The position numbers were made by a program, and so were the translations under genes. A stretch of DNA of 64,000 bases from contig CAZCUX010000027.1 of the NCBI GenBank assembly GCA_964502005.1, forward strand, positions 30,219-94,218, written 5' to 3'. Positions within the stretch are counted from its first letter, which is position 1. Each line of letters starts with the position of its first letter. The stretch is from an uncultured Enterobacterales bacterium (GTDB taxonomy: Bacteria > Myxococcota_A > UBA796 > UBA2385). Positions 1 to 9,408 of this stretch are shown here, in pieces. Below the pieces are notes generated by a model. The model was given only the letters and a program-made list of their open reading frames with translations. It did not search any database and had not been told where the DNA came from.

Positions 1-825
1 TGTGATGATGCCTGGCCGATTGTCGCCATCAGGAGACAGCCATCGCACGAGGGGATGGGGCTCGGCCCGCTGCCACCGGCTGATGTCCGGCGCGTCGAGG
101 GCCGAGGCCTGCTGGGATACCATCGCCACCGTCACATCGTCGAAAATCGCGAATCCACGCCCCGACCCACTGCATCGGTGCAAGTCGATTTGCAGCGCAT
201 CGGTGTTGCGCGGTGCGTCGATCGCGACGGTCATCGTCTGCCAACCTTCGGAGTCACCGCGCAGCCGGGTGGGCGTGATGTTGCGCGTGAGCACTTCGTT
301 TTCTTCGGGGGTGCCTTTCAGCGCCGCGACCTCAATGCCGGCGCCCGCCTTGAGCGAACCCCCGGACAGCCCGACCGCCTTCACCCGCGCGGAAATCTGG
401 TAGCGCGCACCCATTCGCACGGGAACATTGGTGGTGACGGGCACACAGGTTCCCGAGCCCGTGCGTTTTTCGGGCCCTACATGAATGCCGGGCGTGCCAT
501 CATAGCCATCGGGCGTCGCCCGAAGCTGGCCTTGGGCCGCTTTGTCGTCGGCTTTGTCACCGAGGGTCCAACGTTCTAGCGCCGCATCGGAGTCATCAAA
601 GTCAAACGCCACCAACACATCCGCCGACGGTGGGTCAGGGGGCATCTGCACGAAGTTCTCGTCCCCCACCACCTCCACCGCGCGCACGGGCGGGACAAAC
701 ACCGGCAAGCTGTCTACCGAAATCGGCAACGGCTCAGGCGCACAACCAACAACCTGCGAAGCAAGCAAGCCGCCCAGAAACGCAGGAAGACCAACAAATC
801 GACAGACAACGCAACGCGAGGACAC
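1..825 (-). CDS. hypothetical lipoprotein; C-terminus lies beyond the window edge
   Basis: Own translation of the minus strand. GTG at 825 sits 4 nt after GGAGG (834-830). It is followed by VSSRCVVCRFVGLPAFLGGLLASQVVGCAPEP (signal peptide plus lipobox VVGC). The frame stays open to position 1. It is absent from the ORF track because no stop lies inside the window. Confidence 0.6.
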   Translation of the reverse strand, partial: MSSRCVVCRFVGLPAFLGGLLASQVVGCAPEPLPISVDSLPVFVPPVRAVEVVGDENFVQMPPDPPSADVLVAFDFDDSDAALERWTLGDKADDKAAQGQLRATPDGYDGTPGIHVGPEKRTGSGTCVPVTTNVPVRMGARYQISARVKAVGLSGGSLKAGAGIEVAALKGTPEENEVLTRNITPTRLRGDSEGWQTMTVAIDAPRNTDALQIDLHRCSGSGRGFAIFDDVTVAMVSQQASALDAPDISRWQRAEPHPLVRWLSPDGDNRPGIIT

Positions 826-937
826 AGAACCTCCGGTTCGGTCGTCTATCCGACCAAGGGTCGGTTTGGATGCGGTACAACACCGAAATCAACGATAGTC
901 CGCCCACCCGATTTCGCACCACGACACCCAATTTCTC

Positions 938-1399
938 ATGGCACACCCCCTCGCGCTTCGACTGTATCCAGACATGCCGCTAACAGTCGACGTTTTCGCC
1001 CAGCACCTCCAAGCGCTGACCGAGCGCCGTTCATCGGGCGGCCTCGCGCCCCGCTTTGGCCTCAGCAGCCGCGAAACCCGCTTTGTGCGTGCCATTCACG
1101 CACGAAAGAGCAATCTATGGCTGTGGCGGTGTCGTCAAGACGCATTTGCCGGTGACTTTGTGGTGGTCGACATGTCCGAACCGCGTCCCGAAGCCCGCAC
1201 CGTTTGGGTGTTGGAGCTCAAACAAGGCCAAGCGCTCAAGCCGGTGGGTGGGCACCAGATGTCCCGCGTTGACACCGTCCTCGAAGAAATAGCCTCCTCA
1301 ACGGAACCCTTCCCCCTCGGCCACCCCTATCGCGTGCTCACCGGCGATGGAGGCGCAATATTGCGGCACTTTACCCAAGACGAGACGCTCACATTGTGA
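938..1399 (+). CDS. hypothetical protein with a PD-(D/E)xK-like motif
   Basis: 153-aa ORF with coding-like composition. GDFVVVDMS...VWVLELKQG resembles the D...(D/E)xK restriction-endonuclease-fold core. It converges on the Mur ligase gene. Confidence 0.5.
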   Translation: MAHPLALRLYPDMPLTVDVFAQHLQALTERRSSGGLAPRFGLSSRETRFVRAIHARKSNLWLWRCRQDAFAGDFVVVDMSEPRPEARTVWVLELKQGQALKPVGGHQMSRVDTVLEEIASSTEPFPLGHPYRVLTGDGGAILRHFTQDETLTL

Positions 1400-1400
1400 C

Positions 1401-2708
1401 TTACGCGCCCGACCGCAGCTTCGTCGCAAGCGCCGCCCGGCACACCGCGCGGTCGGAGAACGGTATTTGAAGGCCACCAATGTCTTGCATCTCCTCGTGG
1501 CCCTTTCCGGCAACAATCACAACATCGGCGTCCGCCGCATTCCGAATGGCCAGCGCAATCGCCTCCGCGCGGTCCAGCTCTCGCGTCCAGACGGCGCGGT
1601 GGGCCTGGACGGGCGGCTGCACTTGGTCTGCGATGGCCGTTGGGCACTCGGTGCGCGGATTGTCCGAAGTCAACACCACCACATCCGCGGAAACATTGGC
1701 GATATCGCCCATCGGACGCCTTTTTTCGGTGTCGCAGTCGCCCCCACACCCAAACACGAGCACCACCCGCCCCGCCCGGTGGTGCGCCAGAGCGCGCGCG
1801 GACTGGAGCACCATCTCGAGCGCATCGGGCGTATGGGCATAATCAACAAGCACGAGGGGATGGTCCCCCACGCGCTCAAAACGGCCCGATACCCCACCGA
1901 ATGTCGCAAGGCCCGCCTGAATGTGGGCGAGAGATGTCCCGAGCGCCAGGCCCGCCAGCGCGGCAGCCGCCGCGTTCCACGCATTGACCTCGCCCAACAT
2001 CGGCAACGACCAAACCAGCGGGCGCCCGTCTAGGTCGAGCGCGAACGTCAAGCCAGCGTCCGTTTGCGCAATATGCGTCAACCGCAGCACCCACGGCAAA
2101 CGGGCCGCCGCGGCATGGGGCTTGTGTCCATAGCCGCGCACCGTGACCCCCGGCGGCAGGACCGCGGCAAGCGCAGCACTGACGGGGTCATCGAGGTTGA
2201 GCACGGCGACGGCGCCGGAATGGAGCGTCTGAAACAAGCGCGCTTTGGCCGCTTGGTAGACAGCAGGCGTGCCGAAACGATTGAGGTGGTCATGGGAGAA
2301 GTTCGTAAAGACGGCCACATCGGGTGTCCACCGATTCGCAAAGCCCGCCGACAAGGCCTGGGCGGTGGTCTCGACCGCTATCACCGATGCGCCGCCCGCC
2401 ACCGCAGCGCGCACCCGCTCACCAAACGGCCCCTGGACGGGCGTGCCGCCAACAAAAGAGCCCACGGTGGTCACCCGCGCCGGCGTTTGCCCGCCTGCCG
2501 CCACAATCGCAGCGACCATCGACGTGGTGGTGGTCTTCCCGTTTGTGCCCGTCACCCCGACCGCTTGGAGCAGCCTGCCGGCCTCGGGACTGCGCACGGG
2601 TACGCGCCGTCGAATGGTGCTCGAAGCCAACGGATGCACACCCACGCCCTCTTGCTGTCCGACCGTCCTATCTCGATTTGCGACGACGCCGAAGCGAGCG
2701 AACGCCAA
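1401..2708 (-). CDS. Mur ligase family protein, MurE-like, with a short N-terminus
   Basis: P-loop GVTGTNGKTTTTSM, a central Mur ligase domain and LTSDNPRTE (the MurE DNPR motif). The P-loop sits near residue 52, whereas in E. coli MurE it is near residue 110. Confidence 0.85.
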   Translation of the reverse strand: MAFARFGVVANRDRTVGQQEGVGVHPLASSTIRRRVPVRSPEAGRLLQAVGVTGTNGKTTTTSMVAAIVAAGGQTPARVTTVGSFVGGTPVQGPFGERVRAAVAGGASVIAVETTAQALSAGFANRWTPDVAVFTNFSHDHLNRFGTPAVYQAAKARLFQTLHSGAVAVLNLDDPVSAALAAVLPPGVTVRGYGHKPHAAAARLPWVLRLTHIAQTDAGLTFALDLDGRPLVWSLPMLGEVNAWNAAAAALAGLALGTSLAHIQAGLATFGGVSGRFERVGDHPLVLVDYAHTPDALEMVLQSARALAHHRAGRVVLVFGCGGDCDTEKRRPMGDIANVSADVVVLTSDNPRTECPTAIADQVQPPVQAHRAVWTRELDRAEAIALAIRNAADADVVIVAGKGHEEMQDIGGLQIPFSDRAVCRAALATKLRSGA

Positions 2709-2769
2709 TTTGTCCGAGACCTATCCCAAAGCACGCCGCAAACCGCCCCCACTTCCGTGCTGCGCGCAT

Positions 2770-3840
2770 CTACACCACAGCGGAGGGGTTGCGCCGCCCC
2801 AAGCGCCTGCGACGCAGCCAGAAGGCCGTACCCAGCCCAAACGGAATGAGCGGCAACGCGCCTTCCCACACCTCCACCGTGGTCGCGAGCGGGGCATCGC
2901 CTTGGTCGAGCAAAAACTCGGCATCCAGGGTGTGGACTTCGGCGGCCGCCACCGTCTCAAAGCGGGTGACGAACTGCCCGTCGACTTCACCCGCAAAGAC
3001 CCGCACGAACGTAGGGGTGGTCGCGCCGACCTCGGCGAGCGTATCGAGCCAAAGCGTGTCGGGGTCGACGTTGTCGCCGCTGATGCTCTCCATCTCGACG
3101 CTCGACCAGCCGGTCACGCGCGCGCCTTGGTCTCCCGCCACATAAATGACGGTGTGAAATGCCTCGGCACCGGCACTTCGGGCCATTCGGGCCGGAAAAT
3201 ACAACCGGGACGACGACGATGTGATGGCCAACGGGGGAAGCTGCCGCCCTTCGGACGGCGTCGCGGCTACATCGGGGGCAACCTCCACCAACACAAGCTC
3301 ATAGCCACCTTCGGCGACGAGGTCGGCGAGGGTGTCTTCGGCGCCGCCGACCGCCCAGCCATGTGCGTCGAGCCACGCCTGGAGCGCGCCCGCGTCGTCT
3401 GCGGAAACAACGGTGTACTGGTAGCTTCCACCAAAACCTTCGGCGACGATGTCGACGCCTCCCTCAAAGTTACGGGCGCCACCGCTGTCCATTCCGCCCT
3501 TGAGGCCGTCACTTCCGCAGCCACAGCCGCTCTCTTCTTCGCTGTCGCCCCCAAACGCGTAGACGTCTACGTTGGGCGCCGTCGCTTCGTGCAAGGCGGT
3601 GAAGCGGCCGGGGTCGCCATCACCGAGGGATTGAAAGCCCGCGGGAATGACCACCATCCAACCAAATGCCGCAGCATCGCCGGTATAGTCGACGGACAGC
3701 TCGATGGTGGAGCCGGTGGGCGTCGCCGTCAAAATCATCTGCTGGCCGCTCGCTTCGGCAAGCTCACCCGCTTCGTGAACCAGCGCCACGCACGCGTTCG
3801 CGTCTACACCCGACGAAAGGGCCCATAGAATCCAAAGCAT
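2770..3840 (-). CDS. secreted DUF2330-like protein with a C-terminal TM/basic anchor
   Basis: ATG at 3840 lies 7 nt after GGGAGG. Signal peptide MLWILWALSSGVDANA. FGWMVVIPAG resembles the DUF2330 core. The C-terminus reads LPLIPFGLGTAFWLRRRR. Confidence 0.6.
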   Translation of the reverse strand: MLWILWALSSGVDANACVALVHEAGELAEASGQQMILTATPTGSTIELSVDYTGDAAAFGWMVVIPAGFQSLGDGDPGRFTALHEATAPNVDVYAFGGDSEEESGCGCGSDGLKGGMDSGGARNFEGGVDIVAEGFGGSYQYTVVSADDAGALQAWLDAHGWAVGGAEDTLADLVAEGGYELVLVEVAPDVAATPSEGRQLPPLAITSSSSRLYFPARMARSAGAEAFHTVIYVAGDQGARVTGWSSVEMESISGDNVDPDTLWLDTLAEVGATTPTFVRVFAGEVDGQFVTRFETVAAAEVHTLDAEFLLDQGDAPLATTVEVWEGALPLIPFGLGTAFWLRRRRLGRRNPSAVV

Positions 3841-3860
3841 CGTTTTGCCTCCCAGCAACC

Positions 3861-4748
3861 TCACGGGTCTGTGTAGAGGTAAACCGGCGTGGCCGTAAAC
3901 TCGAACGTAATCGAAAGCTGGGTACACTGACCGGCATCATTGGGGGACAGGTCCGCGACGACCCCCAGCAGGCTCTCCAGAATGTCGCCGACCTCTTGGG
4001 CGATTCCTTGCTCGCGCGCCACCGACAGCACCTCTTGTACGTTCACGCCTCCCGCAAGCGCGCCTTTTGCGTGACCATCGGGCAAGCGGTCGAGGCGCAC
4101 GGCACCGTCCACCAAGCGAAACTCCAGCGAGGCGTTGAGAATCTGCACAGGCAGCGTAGCGGTAATCGGACGCCCCTCCATCGAGCCGTCGACGATGGCC
4201 ATATTGGACAAGTGGGCGCCATCGAAGTCGGCGTCCATTTCGAGGGTTTGCCCGGCCAAGAAGTTTCCGTCGGTGCCGAGCATCGGTTCGCCGATGGCGC
4301 GGCCGAGCGACATGTCGATGCAGTCGTCTTGCTCGGGGTCATCGACGCCATCGGCCCACACGAGCAACATCAGCTCGCCGGTGCGAATGGTGTCGTTGAT
4401 GAGCGCCTCCGCCCCCACAAACTCGGTGCCTTCAAGCGCCGGAATGATTTCGCCAAACGAGTTGTCGACGCCGGTGACCCCAGCGGGCGTCACAAAATCG
4501 CCGCGCCCACAGCCGGTAGTGCCGCCGGTAGTAGAGACAATGCCGTCGAGGTCGAATCCTTCGGACACACCATCGGCAATGCGTGCAAAGTGCAGGCTAT
4601 CGACCACCCAAACTTCGCGGGTGGACGACGGCCCATCGCACGTTTCTTGGGACGTGGTGGTGCCCGACTCGGCGGCCTTGGGCGGCGAACAAGCGACCAC
4701 CGACAACGCAACGGCGGCGATGAAGAAAGACGAGGGCGTGTGCGTCAT
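3861..4748 (-). CDS. hypothetical lipoprotein
   Basis: MTHTPSSFFIAAVALSVVAC lipobox. Its ATG overlaps the stop of the upstream DUF1552 gene (ATGA), suggesting translational coupling. Confidence 0.6.
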   Translation of the reverse strand: MTHTPSSFFIAAVALSVVACSPPKAAESGTTTSQETCDGPSSTREVWVVDSLHFARIADGVSEGFDLDGIVSTTGGTTGCGRGDFVTPAGVTGVDNSFGEIIPALEGTEFVGAEALINDTIRTGELMLLVWADGVDDPEQDDCIDMSLGRAIGEPMLGTDGNFLAGQTLEMDADFDGAHLSNMAIVDGSMEGRPITATLPVQILNASLEFRLVDGAVRLDRLPDGHAKGALAGGVNVQEVLSVAREQGIAQEVGDILESLLGVVADLSPNDAGQCTQLSITFEFTATPVYLYTDP

Positions 4749-6121
4749 GCGTGAATGTCCGTGAGCGCGCCATTGGCAGCGGCTTCCCCCGCACCGAACG
4801 AAGAAACCGACATACCCACCGCCTGCTGGAGCGAAATCAGCAGCTTGGTTGCGTTTTCGTCCGAAAGTGACCGGTAGTGGTGGTCCTGCTTGAAGAAGCC
4901 ACACGCCGAACCTGCCAGCACCACCGGCATCTCGTCGATGCTGTGGACTTGGCCGAGGCTCACTTCGCTGGTCGCAAACAGCACCATATTGTCGAGCAGA
5001 GTGCCGTCGCCTTCGGGGATGCTATCGAGGATGCCGATGGTGTCCGCCAAGCACTCCATGATTTGAATCGTAATGTCGTTGACCGTCGGCTGCCCGCCGC
5101 CTTCGTTGTGGGTGAGGTCGTGGTGCCCCGAGGCCGCGCCTTCAAACAGCACATCGCTCACGGGCGCCGTGACGAAGTGCGCCGCGACGCGGGTCTGGTC
5201 GCACGCGAACGACATCGCGATAAGCTCGCTCATCACGCGGTTTCGCGCGCGCACTTGGGGACGACCGGCTTCGTCGGAAAAATCCGCTGCCAACGGCGCG
5301 GGACGTGTACACGCTTCAAGGTCGGGGGGGTCTTCTTCGAGCCGCGCGAGGCGCTGTTCGAGCTCCCGCACCCCGGTGAGGTGCTGGTCCAGGCGCGCGC
5401 GGTCCTCGACACCGACCCGCGCCGTGAGCGCCTGAATATCGGCCATTACGCCATCCAGCACGCTCCGTCGCAGGCCCAGCCGTGGGTCAACCACCCCGTC
5501 CTCGCCTGGCGCCACGAAGGTATCGCCAAACAAGCGCGCGTAGACCGCATAAGGGTCGGTCTCACATGGATTGCGGCTATTGGGACCGTTCCAACTCTCG
5601 CCCGCCATATCGGTCGCAGCCGTCTGGATAGAGCGGTAAATCGTCTCCCCACCGATGCCTGCCGCGATGACTTGGTCGATGGTGGGTCCGCCAATGATAG
5701 AGTCATCCCCCACCACTTGGCGCGGAACCGCGGTGAGAATGCCCGCCAGACCGCTACCGTGCGGAGATGTGTTGGGCAGTTTGCAAGCCAAGCCCGTGGG
5801 CACACAAATGCGCGACTTATACGGAGCGAGGGGCGCCAACTGCTCCGACAACGTCCATTCGTCGCCATCTCCCGTGCCTACCGGCGTCCAGTGGTCTGGC
5901 AAGTTGCCATTGCCCCAAAACCACAGCCCGAACCGCACCGGCAGCACCCCATCGCAGGCATACGCCGTGCCATTGCCGTCAAACATCGCCTGAAGGGGCG
6001 GCAAGGCCAAAAACACCGCAGAGCCACGGGCCACTCCCCGCAGCACCGCCCGCCGAGACAACGCACCAGTGGAAGGTCGCCAATCCAATGCAGCAGGCCA
6101 ATGCAAGAAACGTCGATTCAT
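4745..6121 (-). CDS. DUF1552 domain protein with TAT signal
   Basis: SRRAVLRGVARGSAVFLALPPLQAMF twin-arginine leader typical of DUF1552, plus a HHDLTH motif. It is paired with a DUF1592-type gene upstream. Confidence 0.8.
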   Translation of the reverse strand: MNRRFLHWPAALDWRPSTGALSRRAVLRGVARGSAVFLALPPLQAMFDGNGTAYACDGVLPVRFGLWFWGNGNLPDHWTPVGTGDGDEWTLSEQLAPLAPYKSRICVPTGLACKLPNTSPHGSGLAGILTAVPRQVVGDDSIIGGPTIDQVIAAGIGGETIYRSIQTAATDMAGESWNGPNSRNPCETDPYAVYARLFGDTFVAPGEDGVVDPRLGLRRSVLDGVMADIQALTARVGVEDRARLDQHLTGVRELEQRLARLEEDPPDLEACTRPAPLAADFSDEAGRPQVRARNRVMSELIAMSFACDQTRVAAHFVTAPVSDVLFEGAASGHHDLTHNEGGGQPTVNDITIQIMECLADTIGILDSIPEGDGTLLDNMVLFATSEVSLGQVHSIDEMPVVLAGSACGFFKQDHHYRSLSDENATKLLISLQQAVGMSVSSFGAGEAAANGALTDIHA

Positions 6122-6124
6122 CGT

Positions 6125-7747
6125 TCATTCCCCCTGTGCGAGCCCGCGAAACGCAGGGCTGAGGGCAACATCGCGCAACAACCACAGCACACGGAAATTG
6201 GCGTCGGCGAAGCCTTCGGCGTGCCAGTCAACGAGCAGCGCATCGAGGTCCGCGCTGCGCGAGCCGGTGGCGTAGCGGAGGAAGGTTTCGGTCAAACAAG
6301 GCCCCAACTGCCTGTCTTGGGCGACCACTGCGCCCATTTCCCAGGCGTCGGCGAAGGGTGCGCCATCCAGGTCGCCCGATGCGTCGATGGTGGCGCCGTT
6401 CTCTGCGTCGCGCCACATGCCCAGGCCGTCAAAGTTCTCGAAGCCCAAGCCGATGGGGTCGGTGATGTTGTGACAGCTGGCGCAGGTGGGGTCTTCGAGG
6501 TGGACGGCGATGCGTTCCCGCATTGTGCGCGCATCTTCGTCGACTTCGGGGATTGCCGTGTTGGCGTTGGCCGGCGGCTCGGGAATCACCGTACACAGCA
6601 GCACTTCGCGCACAAAGATACCACGGCGCGTCACGGACGTTGTCGACGCATGGGCGTGCAGCGCGAGGAAGCTCGCGTGCCCGAGCAAGCCGCGACGGCC
6701 CCCGTCGGCCGGCAACTCTACGGGCGCGAAACCGTCCAGCGAGGGCGCAGGCACGTTGTAGAGCGCGGCGAGGGTGCGGTCGAGATACGTCTGGCGGGTG
6801 GTGAAAAGCTCGGGATAGGGCGCGTCATCGTCAAACACATGGCGGGTGACGACAGACAGCGTCTCGGTGCGGGCGCTGGGACCGAGGGCGTCGCTCATGT
6901 AGGTATAGACGGTGGGGTCTTTGTTGAGCGCGTCGAGGTTGTCCAGCTCCAGCATTTCCGTAAACAGCGCTTGCACGCCATTCTTCGCGCGTGGGTCCGC
7001 AATCATCTGCGCGACGATACCGGCGAGGCTGTCTTCGTCGGTGAGCTTGCTTTCCGCGGCAGCGGTCAACAGAGCGTCGTCGGGCGCGGTGTTCCACAAG
7101 AAAAAGGAGAGACGACTCGCCATTTCGTAGTCGTCGTAGCCGCCCGCAGGCGCATCCGAACTGTCCCCCAACTCGACGCGGTAGAGAAAGTGCGGACTCA
7201 TCAAAAGTGCAGCAAACCCAAAAGTCAAGCCATTGTCAAATGTCCCCAGTGCTTGAGCGGCTTGACTCGAAAGGTCGACCAACCGGTCCAACTCAGCACC
7301 GGACAACGGACGACGCCACGCAAGGCGTCCCAAATCATCCAGGGCTTCCGCCATACAGGCTTCATCGTCGAGGACATCGCCGGCACAAGGCACCCAGCGC
7401 GCCCGGAGCGCGGAATCGGCCATCACCTGCCGGGCGATGTCATACGCGGCGGACTCATACTTTTCGACGCCATACGCGCTGATGGACGTGGTGGCCGCAC
7501 CCACAGCATACAGTCCTTCCACCCGCTCATCGGGTTCGAGGCTCGCTGGCAACACCAAGGATGCACCGAAGAGGTCCATCAGGATGTTGTCGTACTGCGG
7601 ACGCGTGAGGCGCTTGAGGCGGGGCGCGGGCGCATCGACGGCAGGCGCATCGCCACGGTGCGCACCCGTCTCTTTGGCAACGTTTTCGGGCGCACAAGCA
7701 GCACCCAGGAGCGCCCACGCTACGATGGGAAAGCGAACGGATGACAT
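6125..7747 (-). CDS. DUF1587/DUF1592/DUF1595/DUF1588/DUF1585-type lipoprotein with a CxxCH haem motif
   Basis: MSSVRFPIVAWALLGAAC lipobox. LKRLTRPQYDNILMDLFG is DUF1587-like. TSVTRRGIFVREVLLC is DUF1588-like. CASCHNITDPIGLGFENFDGLGMWR carries the haem motif. Confidence 0.8.
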   Translation of the reverse strand: MSSVRFPIVAWALLGAACAPENVAKETGAHRGDAPAVDAPAPRLKRLTRPQYDNILMDLFGASLVLPASLEPDERVEGLYAVGAATTSISAYGVEKYESAAYDIARQVMADSALRARWVPCAGDVLDDEACMAEALDDLGRLAWRRPLSGAELDRLVDLSSQAAQALGTFDNGLTFGFAALLMSPHFLYRVELGDSSDAPAGGYDDYEMASRLSFFLWNTAPDDALLTAAAESKLTDEDSLAGIVAQMIADPRAKNGVQALFTEMLELDNLDALNKDPTVYTYMSDALGPSARTETLSVVTRHVFDDDAPYPELFTTRQTYLDRTLAALYNVPAPSLDGFAPVELPADGGRRGLLGHASFLALHAHASTTSVTRRGIFVREVLLCTVIPEPPANANTAIPEVDEDARTMRERIAVHLEDPTCASCHNITDPIGLGFENFDGLGMWRDAENGATIDASGDLDGAPFADAWEMGAVVAQDRQLGPCLTETFLRYATGSRSADLDALLVDWHAEGFADANFRVLWLLRDVALSPAFRGLAQGE

Positions 7748-7848
7748 CGGACCTCACCTGGTGCTCCAGGATAGCCGATTGGGGTGTATGTTCGTGCCAA
7801 TCTTGGCGGGAAAAAAGAGACAAGCGGTGTGACGCCGTCATCACTTTC

Positions 7849-8595
7849 GTGCCCGCGGTGGAGAGACGCCTGACCCGGCCTTACACCAACAATGTCTTTG
7901 CTCCCAGTCGCCGCGACTGGCTGCGCACGCTCGCGGCGCTCGCCTTGGTGGCGCCCCGTGTGGCGCGCGCCGAAGACGTGCCAAGCTGGGTGCAATGGCG
8001 TCCACTGCCCAACGACGCCGAGCGGAAGCGGCTGACGGCCGAATATTTGGCTGCACATTTGCCCGAAGGCCTCGTCTCCAGCACCACCATGACCCCGCAG
8101 GCCATCGTGCTGCATTGGACCGGCAGCGGGAGCGCGCAAGGCGCCTGGAACACGTTTGCGCCCGCGCGCTTGGGTGGGCGGCCCGAGCTCCAGGGAGCGG
8201 GTGCGCTCAACGTCGGCGCTCACTTCATCGTGGACCGTGACGGGAGCACGCTCCAGCTCGCGCCCACCGACCAAGTGTTGCGTCACGTCATTGGCTTGAA
8301 CCACTGCGCCGTCGGCGTGGAGAATGTAGGCGATGGCCCCCCCCGGGGATCAACCGATGCGCCACTGACCGATGCGCAGATCGATCGCAACGCACAGCTC
8401 GTTCGCTGGCTCGTACAAAAGCACCCCTCGATCCGCTACTTGCTCGGTCACCACGAGTATAGAAGAATGGAGAAAACTCCGCTGTTTGCGGAGCGAGACT
8501 CCTCCTACCGCACCGGAAAATCCGACCCCGGCGCACTCTTTATGGACGCTGTACGCGCACAAACGGTCGATTTGGGGCTGCTTGCTCCGCCTTGA
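7849..8595 (+). CDS. N-acetylmuramoyl-L-alanine amidase (Amidase_2/PGRP fold) with TAT signal
   Basis: SRRDWLRTLAALALVAPRVARA, IVLHWTG, GAHFIVDRDG, HCAVGVENVG and LLGHHE. The start is uncertain: GTG 7849 or 7858. The ORF-track start at 7741 would overlap the divergent gene. Confidence 0.75.
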   Translation: MPAVERRLTRPYTNNVFAPSRRDWLRTLAALALVAPRVARAEDVPSWVQWRPLPNDAERKRLTAEYLAAHLPEGLVSSTTMTPQAIVLHWTGSGSAQGAWNTFAPARLGGRPELQGAGALNVGAHFIVDRDGSTLQLAPTDQVLRHVIGLNHCAVGVENVGDGPPRGSTDAPLTDAQIDRNAQLVRWLVQKHPSIRYLLGHHEYRRMEKTPLFAERDSSYRTGKSDPGALFMDAVRAQTVDLGLLAPP

Positions 8596-8735
8596 ACGAA
8601 GTTTCTACACCCACCCTTCACCTTGGGTGTCCAGTGGTCGACCACTACCGGTGTGACAGGATACGTCTCCCCCTCGAATACCTCTGCGCCTACTGCGCGT
8701 TTCCTTCTGCCACCTGCAACCTGTGAGCATCCGCG

Positions 8736-9260
8736 ATGGAGAGCCTCTCGTACGGCCTAGTCGGCTTGTCCGTGCTGGTAGGACTCATCAGCTTCTTGAG
8801 CGCGCACAGCACGCCCTTGCCACTGCCGAACGTCTCCAAGATCGGGTGCACCGGTGCGATTGCATTGCTGGTGCTGGCGTTCATTGCGGGCTTGGTCACG
8901 CCGCTCAGCACATTCAGCACATGTACGGACAAGTGTAGTGCCGTCTTCGCGGACCTGAATGTAGAAAGCGGTGAGTTTGCCGAGAAGTCCTACGGTGAAT
9001 TCCAGTCTTGTGCCGATGCTGCACGCAATGAATACAGAAATTGCGTGAAGGGCGCGGTTGATGCCGACCGCAAGTCCAAGCAGCTCGCCGACGAACAGGG
9101 TGACCCTTCCTTGTATACGCCCATCGACCTGCCATCCGCCAAGCAGCGGTGCCAAGAGCAGGCAACGGGCGCATGTCACGCGCAGTGCTTCAACCCTGAC
9201 CCTCCGCCGCCCTCGAAGAAGGCAGCCGCCGAAGCTGCCGCTGCCGCTGCCGCCAAATAG
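8736..9260 (+). CDS. hypothetical membrane protein, Cys-rich, with an Ala-rich tail
   Basis: Two N-terminal hydrophobic helices, six Cys in the soluble part and a PPPPSKKAAAEAAAAAAAK tail. An intrinsic terminator follows. Confidence 0.55.
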   Translation: MESLSYGLVGLSVLVGLISFLSAHSTPLPLPNVSKIGCTGAIALLVLAFIAGLVTPLSTFSTCTDKCSAVFADLNVESGEFAEKSYGEFQSCADAARNEYRNCVKGAVDADRKSKQLADEQGDPSLYTPIDLPSAKQRCQEQATGACHAQCFNPDPPPPSKKAAAEAAAAAAAK

Positions 9261-9279
9261 AGCGCGCGCTGTACGGTTT

Positions 9280-9304
9280 GCCCCCGCTCGGGGGCATTTT
9301 TGTT
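9280..9304 (+). terminator. Rho-independent terminator
   Basis: GCCCCC (9280-9285) / GGGGGC (9290-9295) stem with a GCTC loop, followed by ATTTTTGTTT. It lies 20 nt after the TAG of 8736-9260. Confidence 0.8.
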
Positions 9305-9360
9305 TCGAATCCCGCTCTTGTTTTGGACGTCGCACTTGTTTCGGATGCCAACGTCCACAC

Positions 9361-9385
9361 AAAAAAAAAGGACGCCGAGGCGTCC
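9361..9385 (-). terminator. Rho-independent terminator
   Basis: On the minus strand: GGACGC-CUCG-GCGUCC (9385-9370) followed by a run of nine U (9369-9361). It lies downstream of the stop of 9409-10401. Confidence 0.8.
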
Positions 9386-9408
9386 TTCTACCCAAGAGGC
9401 TCACAGCC

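Noticed and set aside
2770-2880. C-terminal TM + RRRR tail of the DUF2330-like protein as a PEP-CTERM or MYXO-CTERM sorting signal
   Set aside because: There is no PEP motif, and no Cys-containing MYXO-CTERM motif lies adjacent to the helix. I treat it as a simple membrane anchor.
2269-3828. 519-aa + strand ORF
   Set aside because: It is antisense to the Mur ligase and DUF2330-like genes, with low-complexity R/P/A composition.
4877-7744. 955-aa + strand ORF, the longest in this part of the track
   Set aside because: It is entirely antisense to the well-supported DUF1552 and DUF1592 genes. Its composition is R/G/A/H-rich with no motifs. This is a typical shadow ORF of high-GC DNA.
9299-9316. 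tRNA-like T-loop sequence GTTTCGAATCCCGC
   Set aside because: The five bases 5' of TTCGAAT cannot pair with CCCGC. No acceptor or anticodon arms can be drawn. It lies inside a terminator spacer.
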